Positions 50,930 through 61,263 of a stretch of DNA of 64,000 nt are shown here, piece after piece (positions within the stretch are counted from its first letter, which is position 1; each line of letters begins with the position of its first letter). Source of the stretch: Harriotta raleighana (lineage: Eukaryota); NCBI GenBank assembly GCA_050575255.1, contig JBNZDD010013686.1:3902801-3966800 (forward strand), in the 5' to 3' direction. The translations under genes were made by a program, and so were the position numbers. The notes beneath the pieces were generated by a model. That model saw only the letters and a list, made by a program, of their open reading frames with translations, was not told the DNA's origin and did not search any database.

Positions 50930-51948
50930 TAACTGTAAACTCTTGCATCATTTCCACAAAATCAAGAACATCTCACAGCTTCTGTGAAGTGTGGTGACTA
51001 TATTTATTGGAAAATGCAGCAGCAGCTTGGAACAGGGCAATGTACCACATAAAACGAATGACCTTTAAACTTGGAGGATTGCTGAACTGGATGCCAGGAG
51101 AAACTCTCTTCTTTAACATCCATCTGAACAGACAGAAGGATGTAGGTTTGTCTAATCTGAAGGTCCTGGCACTTCAGCAGTGTCCCAGTACAACAACAGC
51201 AACAAAATTATATTTATATAGTACCTTTCATGTCTGGAGGACTTCCCAAGGTGCTGGACAGACAGTGTTTTGGATCCGAGCTGGAGTCATTATCGGGGAG
51301 GGTGGAGAGAAGGGATGGGAAGGGGGGTGATTGATGGTACGGTCGAAGAGGAGGGTGTTAAAGTGCGACTTGAAGGAGGCCAGGGAGAATTGGAGGGTTT
51401 GCGGGATGGAATTCCAAGGGTTGGGGGCAAAGATATTCAAGGCTTGCCAGCTGATGGTGGGGCGGGTTGACCAGAGGACTTGGAGCAGGACGGAGCCTGC
51501 TGAGTGGAGAGAACAGACAGGTTGGAAGAGGGGTTACGAGGTCGCACAAGTATGGTACAGCAAGGCCATGGATGGCTTTGAAGGTCAGGAGGTACAATCC
51601 TCTGTAGATGGGAAGCCAATGAAGTCGGGCGAGAATGGGATGATAAGTTCATAGAGCCTGGTGAGGGAAGGGACACGGACTGCAGAGTTCTGGATGATCT
51701 GCAGTCTATGGAGGGAGGAAATGGGGAGGAAATGATATGCCAACAGACAAGCAGGGCGTTGGCATAGTCGAGCATGAACAACAACAAAATTACTTTTGTA
51801 TAGCGCCTTTCACGTTGGGAGGCATGAATGAGAGTTTTAGGGTACTGAGGGGTGAGATAGTGGTGGTGTGCAGCACTGTCTATGGGTCTTGAACCCACAC
51901 ATTTCTCACCTAGAGGCAAAAATGGCTACCATCTGCGCCAAGCTCACC
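50930..51948 (-). mobile_element. Old SacSINE1-like SINE split by the L2 insertion (3' part about 50930-51185, head about 51840-51948)
   Basis: gccaggagaaactctcttctttaacatccatctgaacag core before the L2; gggtcttgaacccac..tagaggc..gctaccatctgcgccaagct head after it. Confidence 0.6.
51190..51822 (-). mobile_element. L2-clade LINE 3' fragment plus a second L2 tail (51778-51822)
   Basis: Reverse-strand relics MLDYANALLV, LLTFKAIHGLAVPYLCDLV and APNPWNSIPQTL..LASFKSH..TLLFD. (AAC)n tail at 51190. Confidence 0.92.
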
Positions 51949-54900
51949 TTTTACATTAATGTTAACATCAACACAATTGAAAGTATTCACCTCATGGCTG
52001 CTTCTGAGACATTGCTGTGGCTGCAACATTCACCTTCAAATACATGCCATTACAGCAATTCTCTGTGAAGTACTCTTTAGGCAAGAGTACTCTTTACTTT
52101 ATTATTTGTCGAATTTCGTACTGAAGCTGTAGAACAGAGGAATATGAGAAAATTGCAGAGCATGTGTGAGAGAGACCACTATGAAAAGACTGAACACATA
52201 GGGATCTTTTCACTGTGGATTTTACAATGGGATTTCCCATTATGAAGATGTGACACAAAGATTATCAATTATTATGAGCTAGAGCTCATTGACACCAATA
52301 AGAAGCAGGCACACTCCAAAAGAAACTCACTAGCTGTTGTCATTCTTGTGTATTGTCAGTATTTTGGTGAACACTTCATTGAGTGATGCATCGAAGGTTG
52401 GGGTTAAGACACTTTAACGGGGCAGGATAGGAGGAGTGTTACTCTGTATCTAATCACTGCTCTGCTTGACTTGTTCCCTACCCAGGAATTGACATCCCTC
52501 ATTAGGATAGAGCTTTTGCCTGACACAAAACTATTAATATTAAATGCCTTTGTGTGTGTGTGTATCATTCTTTGGTGTCATGCCACTTAATGACCTTTGC
52601 TGACAATGATGCGCAGGTAAATAAATATGTAAGAAATATATTATCCACAAAATACCATATCAATCAAATAGGTTTCCTATTCATGTTTGGTTATCAAATA
52701 GGAGTTTATTTCCTGGAATCCCACATGTACAATCACCCGTAAAATACTCTGAAAATATAATCAAGCCTTGTGGTCATTGGGATCAGGTGCTGGTTTTGTG
52801 AATATATGTATTTTCGGACTGTCAAAGTTTGGACAAGATGAATACTTGTGAATACTCATCTCTAATGGACTGTAGGAAATGACTCTCTGTTGCACTCATT
52901 CGGTTTCATACCTAACTTTGAGTGCTTGATAATATCACTGGTTGGACAAATGGTAAATTTTCCATTGCATTGTCGTGATGCAGTCTCATCCTTCAATTTG
53001 ATACGGAGAAAATGCACACACAATAAAAAACAGAACTGCAACATGAATATTATTATTGAATATTACATGAAGCAGAGACTGGGTTCTAAAACAAACAAGG
53101 ATGACCAACTAGTTGCTTTCCGTCAATGGATTTGGTTCATGCAGCTTTATTCAAGCCTTAATTTGTGTTCAAGCTGGTAAACAGCTTGTGTGTGTGTGTG
53201 CGCACAAAAATTTAGACTGATTGTTGTTTAAATCCAGCTAACAAAGCACAATAATCATGGCTGTCCTGGGTGGTCCTTGGCTTCCTTACATGTGACCTCT
53301 GATGAAACAAAGAGCTTGCTATCCAGAGTGTAGAAAAGACACAGTTATTTCAGGATTTAATACCTTTGAACTGTTTTGTGTTGAGATATTTTAGCAAAAA
53401 TATGTCACTTTTGCTCCCCCCACCCCAACAAAAAAAATAATGAAATGCAAAAGCGACTGATGTGATTTTTGCATTGAACTGCAGAATGGTTTCTGTGATC
53501 TTGTTTACACTAATGGTGCGGTCCAGGCTTGCTTGAGTATCGATGCAGGTTAATTGCGTGTAGTTGCCTTCTTGATAACAGGGCAGAACTCCGCAGCCAG
53601 ATTTGTTTACCTTGGTTTCAGTTTATTTATATTTTTAGTGCACGCGCGTGTGCACATGTCGTACTCTGTTGGCAAACACAGATAGTTGCTGCATTGAATT
53701 ACAGTGCAACGCAAAGGGTGGGCGTGATAAGCCATAGTGCTTTGGACAGCATGGTTGTCGTTGGGCGGAGGAAGAGAGGCAGAGAGATAGGATTCCGATC
53801 AGGAAGAGTCCTGGCAGTTTATGTCATGTACTGTAGTTTCAAGTGTGTCTTGTTTACATGGGTGTCGATTTGGATTTGCTTAAATCCAGTGATTTATACT
53901 AGGAACCAGAGGTCAGATTTGGGGTGATTTCAGAACATGCCTGAACCTCCGTTTGCCACTATAAGTGGAGCTTTGACGAGCTGGTCAGGTTTTGTTGTCA
54001 CTGATTACATTATTTCTCATGTGGTGGATTTGCACGACAGATAATTGAAATGCGAGTTCTAATGTCCAGCAACCTTCAGCCTGTATGGGAGAAAGTTTTC
54101 AGACATCTGTGTGCGAGATGGATTGTTGTTGCCATGCCTGGCGACTGTCTTTGTTTTTCCAGCTCTGTGTTTTTAATGAAGCCTGTTTTTCTTCAGGAGC
54201 AAAGGTTCTTTGTTTAACCCCTTCCACAGTTCAGCTGTGATTTATGCAGTCACTCTCAGTGCAACATTAAGTCCAGCCTGTTGTTTAGTTATCCTTGAGT
54301 TAGGCAATAATGGATGGCGTGGTGTGTGTTTATTGTAGGTTTTAACACACTAGGGATTGTTTTAGCATGAGGAGAAGTTAAGTGCTAAAATAATCCCTGG
54401 AGTTCTAAATACATAGAAAAACATACAACTTTGAGTTCACTATTTTCTTTATCTTAAGAGTGCACTTATTATTCATCTTTTCCAATGTATTTGCTGCTGC
54501 ATTTATTTGTGCCAGTTCAACAAAGATTCCTAAACAGCTCAGGCTATACCATTTTGCTAAAATTCCTGTTAGAAAACCATTCATCAGATGTGAAGAGATG
54601 GGCTGATGATTCAATTCTGAGCATTTTGACTGTATGCTGGCTGGTGGGAATGACTGAAAGCAACATGAACTGACTTAGCCTTCCATTTTTCCATACTCTC
54701 TTAAGGCAATTGCTTGTCATCACGCCATCTAGCTAAGATGGATCTATTTGCAGGGACCTAGCAAATATCAGGAAGTTACTGTTTGGTGCTACAGAGCTAT
54801 GTGGTATCCATATACAAATGCCCTGGCAGAACTTGCATTATATGTTGATTTACTTTGTAACCTGCTACAACGCAGTCTCTGTACATGGTTTCACTCTCTC

Positions 54901-55802
54901 AATTAGAGTCTCTGGCAGTGTTGAACAACTGTGAGAACTGAATGACGCACTTTAATTTATCCAGAACATAATTCAAGGTATATCGGATTTTCAAAGTCTA
55001 CCACTGTGTTTAGCTGCCTGCGATGAAATCTGATGTCAGACTTAAGCCACGGCTAATTCCAACAGGAAGGACCAGCATGGTTTATACACTGTAGTATACC
55101 TGTCAGATTGCACAAGAACGCTTTCAATGTAGAGAGAGGGAGAACCCAGGGCTGAAATGTGGGGATTGTAACTAAGGTTTTCTTGGATAGCATGCAGCTT
55201 GATCAAAAAAAGTTAGCAATGTGTTTAATAACACTGCACAAAGGCTGTGACTGAGCTCCAGAAAAGCTGTCGTCAAAGAACAAAAAGTGAATTTGGATTT
55301 TGGAGATTGCATTGAATTAGCCTGGAGCTACTCACAGAGCAGAACACTTTATTCGCCCCCACATACCTAATGGAGTGTGGAGTACAGAGTATCTCATTAA
55401 TGCAAAATGTCTGTGACAGCTTTGTGTCCCATTTCATCAATACATTTGCAAGAAATGGGATATAGCTTTTATTTAAATCTTTTTTTCTAATTACTGTAAT
55501 GATTATTCTGTACTGCACAAGTATTGGAGGTAAGTAGGCAGTACAATAATCATAAGGTACACCCATTCACTAAACGCAATAGAATTTCACATGAATGCAT
55601 GGGAAAAAAAATTTAAGTGCTAAATTGGAACTTGAGTTTGTCTTTGCAATTCACGTTCTTACTGTGCGGTTTTTTTGAGAGCGACATTCCAATTTATTAT
55701 TTAAACTGCATAATATTTCTTGGAAACTGTACGTACGGTGTTTCAGTGTTAGATGTGATGTGACTGGGATTATAAGTGAATTTGTGAATCGTCTCTTTGC
55801 AG

Positions 55803-55889
55803 GAGATGACCCATTCGTGGCCTCCTCCACTGACCGCTATACACACTCCTGGGAAAGCCGAGCCAACCAAGTTCCCAATCCCGACTAAG
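55803..55889 (+). CDS. AFF2: AFF-family internal coding exon, 87 nt, phase 0-0, [29 protein letters not shown] (ELL-binding region)
   Basis: Acceptor gtctctttgcAG, donor AAG|[22 protein letters not shown] is the signature AF4/FMR2 family motif (recalled AFF4 [29 protein letters not shown]). Confidence 0.93.
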
Positions 55890-56988
55890 GTAAGAACCCT
55901 CATCTCCTCCGCATCCTGTACTTCCTCATCCACTGTTTTAAACCTAACCAGCGAGGCCATAATTAAACTGGTCAAATTTATGGATGGTTTGTTGTGAACC
56001 TGAATGAGCGTGAAAATCGATCGAGACATGTTGCGTTTGTATACCTCCCCTTACCCAGGGTGCATCCCAGGCTGCCATACTGCATGCTGGTCGCTATATA
56101 AATGCACCTCACTGACTTGTCCCTTAAACAATTCTTAGAGAGCTACCAGGGAGAGAACACTTTTATTGCCTTCCGACTTTCATGAACTGCACTTTAGTCG
56201 TAGGGATTTAAATTGCACCTTCTCAAAATTATCAGGATGTGATATAACAATGCTGAATAACACAGTTCATGTCAATTTTGGGATGTGAACAATACCCCAA
56301 AGTTGGCACACCAGGGTGGTCTGAAACCTGTGGCTTTGCTGATGTGGAGTTTGAGAGATACACGCCAACCTTTACCAAAGTTAGACATTCACACACAAAC
56401 AGCACTTGAAACAGAGGGTTTGGTCTATCAGCAGATTGTGTTCGTACAGGATGTATCTGCATTGGCAAATACGCTACCCACAATGTGAGTCTGGGGTGAA
56501 GCAATGAAGATTTATGAAACAAGAAGATTTGGCCGATCACAAGCTCAAATTGGTCACATTGTGGCCACTTTGGTCATTAATCAGACCTCTGTTTATCCCA
56601 ATAAAAAAAAAGTATGAAATACACTACATAATGAGCCTTTCATATTAGCCTTCCCTTTGTAAAACCATGTGCTGTAATAAAATGCTTCAAAGAGATATTG
56701 TTAGGGTAACATGAATGCAATATTCTTTCTGCATCAGCGTTCTTGTCAGTCTGAATTTGTATTCAATCTGTTTGAATTGTGTATTTTGTTCTACTGCTCC
56801 AGGTAATTACCCAATACAAACAGAGCAACACATTGTCATTGTGCTCTGCTTAATTGGTTTACTATTATCATTCATTAATTTCTGAACTCACCATGTGCTG
56901 AACCTAAATGATTAAATTCTTACCTCGATCCATTTGGATTGTATGGTTGCAAAATGTTCACTCAGGTGTCTCATGTTTTTTGTTATAG

Positions 56989-57025
56989 GACTCCCAGCAT
57001 CTAACCTCGGGATACAATGGGCAAA
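56989..57025 (+). CDS. AFF2: AFF-family internal coding exon, 37 nt, phase 0-1, DSQHLTSGYNGQ(K)
   Basis: Acceptor tcatgttttttgttatAG, donor AAA|GTAGGT. Continues the frame and matches recalled AFF2 ESQHLTPG / AFF1 DSQHVSS. Too short to appear in the ORF track. Confidence 0.9.
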
Positions 57026-57267
57026 GTAGGTCATCTTTTTTTTTTTGCTGTCTTTCAAGGCAATTTAATGCTGAATGTGTAATTAAACTTAATATTGGAA
57101 TGTTAATTATACGGTGTCTCACTCAGAAGATGGAAGAATAATTTCTCGATAAGGAAGTATTATGTTTTGTGGCATGTTAACAACGGAATTTTTTAATAGA
57201 AAGTTCAACAGCTGAGAATGGGCCCTATGAAACAATGTCATGACGGTCGCATACATTTTCTCTTCAG

Positions 57268-57319
57268 AGCGCTGCGACGTGCAAGTGAAGCCTCCGACAA
57301 AGTCAGCACCGCAGAAATC
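57268..57319 (+). CDS. AFF2: AFF-family internal coding exon, 52 nt, phase 1-2, (K)RCDVQVKPPTKSAPQK(S)
   Basis: Acceptor catacattttctcttcAG, donor ATC|GTAAGT. Phase is compatible with the previous exon. Length and the TKS...KS ending match recalled AFF2 KWNDPTTRASTKSVSFKS, which precedes MLEDDLKLSS. Confidence 0.88.
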
Positions 57320-59382
57320 GTAAGTACAATTCTTAATAGAACCTCATAGTGTGCCTTGTGTGACTGTGGTTTACCTTCAGCTGTTTCTCTACCAAGTGAA
57401 GGGCAGCTGGCTGAGAGCATTATGGTCACTTCGATGCGTTTGGGTCTTAAAAGATTTATAAGGCCTTGTAATCGTGGTTCACTTCAAGATGTTCATTTAT
57501 CCTTTGCGAACGAACGTTTGTCCTTCAATTTGTTTCTTTTTTAAAAAAATAATAAGCTTTGTCAAGCTTTTATTCTCCCAATCCAGGTTGCTACCTGTTG
57601 CTCATTGCGCAAGCACAAACTGAATAGGATCATTGAAGGTTATGGCATATGAATTGACCATTCATCTGCTTGGGTGCATTTTATCTTGCAGACTATCTAA
57701 TACAACCCTGCTGACCCGCTCACTCTCCACCACCTCCAATGTTCCTCCTTATAGGCATCTTGATTTAATTCCCTTTCAAAATAATTTAGCACAGGTAAAA
57801 TAAAGATGTGATTACTGATGAAATGTCTTGAAGGGGTGAGATCTTGGGTGCATTTGTTGTGTTACTGGCCACACAAGGTACAAGGGTGGAGTTTTCACAT
57901 GAAACTTTAGGGGCAATTGTTATCCGGCTTCATTTTGCAACTACTCATAGTCATCCCAATAAAATTGTAGAGTGTCAAATGATAAATACAAATTGTGGAG
58001 TCTGGTATGACAAATGAGCTTAAGAGTAGATATTAACTCAGGATGTATTGTGCTTCGGAAAGGTGACTGATTATATTCTGAAAGATTTGCCCTACTCAAC
58101 CTTTGAATGCCAAATCCCCAAAGCCTAAGCTTAGGTATTTACATCTGTATTTACATCTACTAAACTAATTGTGGAATCAAATGAGATAGGAATCTTCCAA
58201 AGAGTTGTCAACAATTGGAATGGGTTTCCAAGTAGGGTGGCTTTTCCTTGTCTGAGAAATGACAGCTAGGGATGGATCTAAATTGTGATAACCTCCACAT
58301 CCCTCACAGTCAGTGCAGCCACAAAGTGCATTTCTTCCTTTTAATCATCTGAGAAGGATCACTACTAAACTCTAATAAAAAAAAGGCTTCTGGTTTTCCC
58401 TTTCACCACCCATGGCCTCTATTAACCTGCACTTTAGCAGATGTTTTATCTCAGTGCTTCAATGAAATGAATAACTAGTATGAAGTATACACAATATACG
58501 TAATCATTTGGATTTACATAAGCTTATTTAAAAAAATGAACAGGGAATACTCCTTCAAAACTAAGCTTGCGTGTAACTGTAGGAAATAACTTAATGCTTT
58601 AAAAATACATTATTTTAATAATTAACAGGCTGGTGCCTGACATTAATTACATCTGTGTTCTTCCAAGTTTAATTTTAATCCCATTTCTGCATTTGTACTG
58701 TAATTTTTCATTTCAGATTTCTTGCCAATAGGTTTTTATTTCAGTAGCAACACTTGGAAGTAAGAAATTCCTGGAAGAAAGCTAAAAGTCTAAAAGTGAT
58801 CTCATTTCATTTTGGCAGCACAAAGCTGCAGAGCAATTCTCCTTTCATCTGGAACAATTTTGATGTGAAGCTTTAGTGATAATTTGTCACTTTCAAAGTG
58901 ATGGCCTAAGTTAAAGTATTGCATTAGCCACTTTGAAACATATAGGTAGTTACTGTGGCATGTTTTGCTCAGAGTAAATATTTTAAATGACTGTTTATCA
59001 AGTGAGGTTCTTGTACTCTTAGCAGGATCAACTACTGTATATACATTATTTGAGACATAGTTAAATGTTCAATACCACTTTTGAAACTTCTCAGGCATTG
59101 GTACAAGTGAAAGAGCCAATGATCCATTTATACACTATTTAGAGCTGTATAAAGAGTTCAGATTATTTCTAAATCCTCCGGATATTCTAAAAGATCCAAC
59201 ACTCTAGATTCAGTGACCGCTGTTCCCACATGCTACAGAAGTGCTGTCACTCTAAGCTGGGATACCTGAATAAGGAAAATAAAAGTATTTAATGAGAACT
59301 AGCAGGATCATCTAATTTTGGAGGCGAGTGTAATGTGTGCGACCATTATTTCATATTAAACTGAACTATTCATCATCTGCAG

Positions 59383-60092
59383 AGATGGGGGTCAACTTCC
59401 ACATCATGTATGTGGATGACACCCAATTCTATCTTTCTGCCTCCACCCTCGATTCCAGGACCACTGCTGTCCTGATAGACTGTCTGTTGGACATCAAGTC
59501 CTGAATGAGAGTTATCTTTCTACAGTTGAATGTCAACAAGACCAAGGCCATCTTGGTTGGCTCGTACCAGCACTTTCACACCTCAACCACTGGCAGCATC
59601 AACCCCCATGGATGCACACTCCACCTCACCAAACTAATCAGGAACCTAGGTGTCTTATTTGATCCTCAACTGGATCCGACTCCATTGCCTCCCCATCATT
59701 CAGAAGATTCAATTCAAGATCCTTGTCTTCACCTTTAAAACCCTACATGGTCTTTCCCTAGCATACCTCGGCAACCTCCTAACCCCTACCAACCTGTCCG
59801 TAACCTCCAGCCTGCTCCATGTCCCCCGACATCAGCGGGGAGAACCTTCAACCACTCTCCTACCAATCTCTGGAATTCCATCCCCAAATCCCTCGGCCTC
59901 GTCCACTCTCTGGCCTCTTTCAAGTCTCTTCCTCTTCCATGGTGCCATCAGTCAACCCCCTCTCCCACCGCTTCTCTCCACCCTCCCTGATAATGACCCC
60001 AGCTCGAGTCTGAAACACTGACTGTTCAGCTTCTTAGGACGTACTCCGCACATGAAAGGCACTATACAAATATAATTTGGTTGTTGTTGTTA
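59383..60092 (+). mobile_element. L2-clade LINE fragment with degenerate RT active-site motif and an internal deletion
   Basis: MYVDDTQFYLS (YADD-like, 59406), FLQLNVNKT, RNLGVLFDPQL joined directly to LHCLPIIQKIQFKILVFTFK. Tail gaaaggcactatacaaat..(GTT)n. Confidence 0.92.
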
Positions 60093-60770
60093 TTAAGCAA
60101 TTCAGTTAGAAATTAGACTCCAGTGTCTAAATGTATAATTTGTTACTGTTAGCATGCAGCTTGTAACTTTTGAGGACAATATTGGGGGGCTTTGCGTCTA
60201 ATTCTTATTCATTTGAACCCACACATTTTGGTGTAAGGAAAATGTAAACTAAATAAGTTTAACCTGTTGGCAATGAATGATGAAACAAGTTTATGTTGTA
60301 TCTAAGGAGAGACTGAAGCTTTTCCCCTTCCCTCCTCTGCATTATCTGAGGGCGCTTTCAGAAGATTTTTTTCCTAAGGAGAGCAAGTCACAACATTTGG
60401 ATTGTTTGAATTACTCAAGTTGTACTTGAAAGCTACATCTGTTCTTAACCTAAACAGAATGGTTTCAGCCCTGTGCCGAAGTTATTCCCCCTTGTGCAGA
60501 ACACTATTTCTTATTACAGTGAACTATTCATCCATCATTCAAGAGTAATAATGAGATCAAATCATCTGCAGACTAATCTATTGTTTATGTATTAATCTAA
60601 TGAGAGGATTGATTTAGTGTCATGCCTTTTTATGCCGAGTAATAATTATTCTAACAAATATGTATACACAGACCTTTAACTTGTTCACATCCGTGTCTTA
60701 ATCTGTTCAGTGGAGCTGTTTAATAATCCCATGGCACCAGAATGTAGCAAAAAGAGAAGCAGAAACTACC

Positions 60771-60935
60771 AAGAATTTTAACAGGAATCTTTAGTACAGT
60801 TGTGAAAAAGAATGGAATACAGAGGTGCTGGGCGGTTGGACTTAGGAGATGGGGGGAAGACTCATGCAATATAAACAGCATAAACTAGTTTGGACCGAAT
60901 GGCCTGTTTCTGTGCTGTAGTTTCTATATAATTCG
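60771..60935 (+). mobile_element. CR1-type LINE 3' end, partly duplicated at 61257-61384
   Basis: ataaacagcataaactagtttggaccgaatggcctgtttctgtgctgtagtttctat tail. Confidence 0.65.
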
Positions 60936-60967
60936 CCCTTCTTTGACAACTTTTTTTTAATCATCTT

Positions 60968-61263
60968 CCTCAGTTTAAGTGGTTCGAGCACTCGCCTGCC
61001 AAGTGAGAGTCCTGGGTTCGATTCCCGGCAGGGCGAAACCTTCGGCAAGTTTCCTTATTCCACATGCCTGAAAATAATCCCTCAACAAAAAACAGTAATA
61101 ATTTGTGCACGCAACTCATATTATTTTTGTTTGTGGGATACTTATGTGCAAATGGCTGCAGTGTTATGCCCACAAATATACAGTCAATTCACTTTACAGT
61201 ATATTCTGTGAAACTCTGAGATATCTAGAAGACATGAGAAGTGCTATATCAAATGCAAGAATT
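60968..61263 (+). mobile_element. tRNA-derived Deu SINE, near full length
   Basis: agtggttcgagcactcgcc, B box GGTTCGATTCC, gtttgtgggatac..gcccacaaatatacagtcaattcac, tail gctatatcaaatgcaag. Confidence 0.9.
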
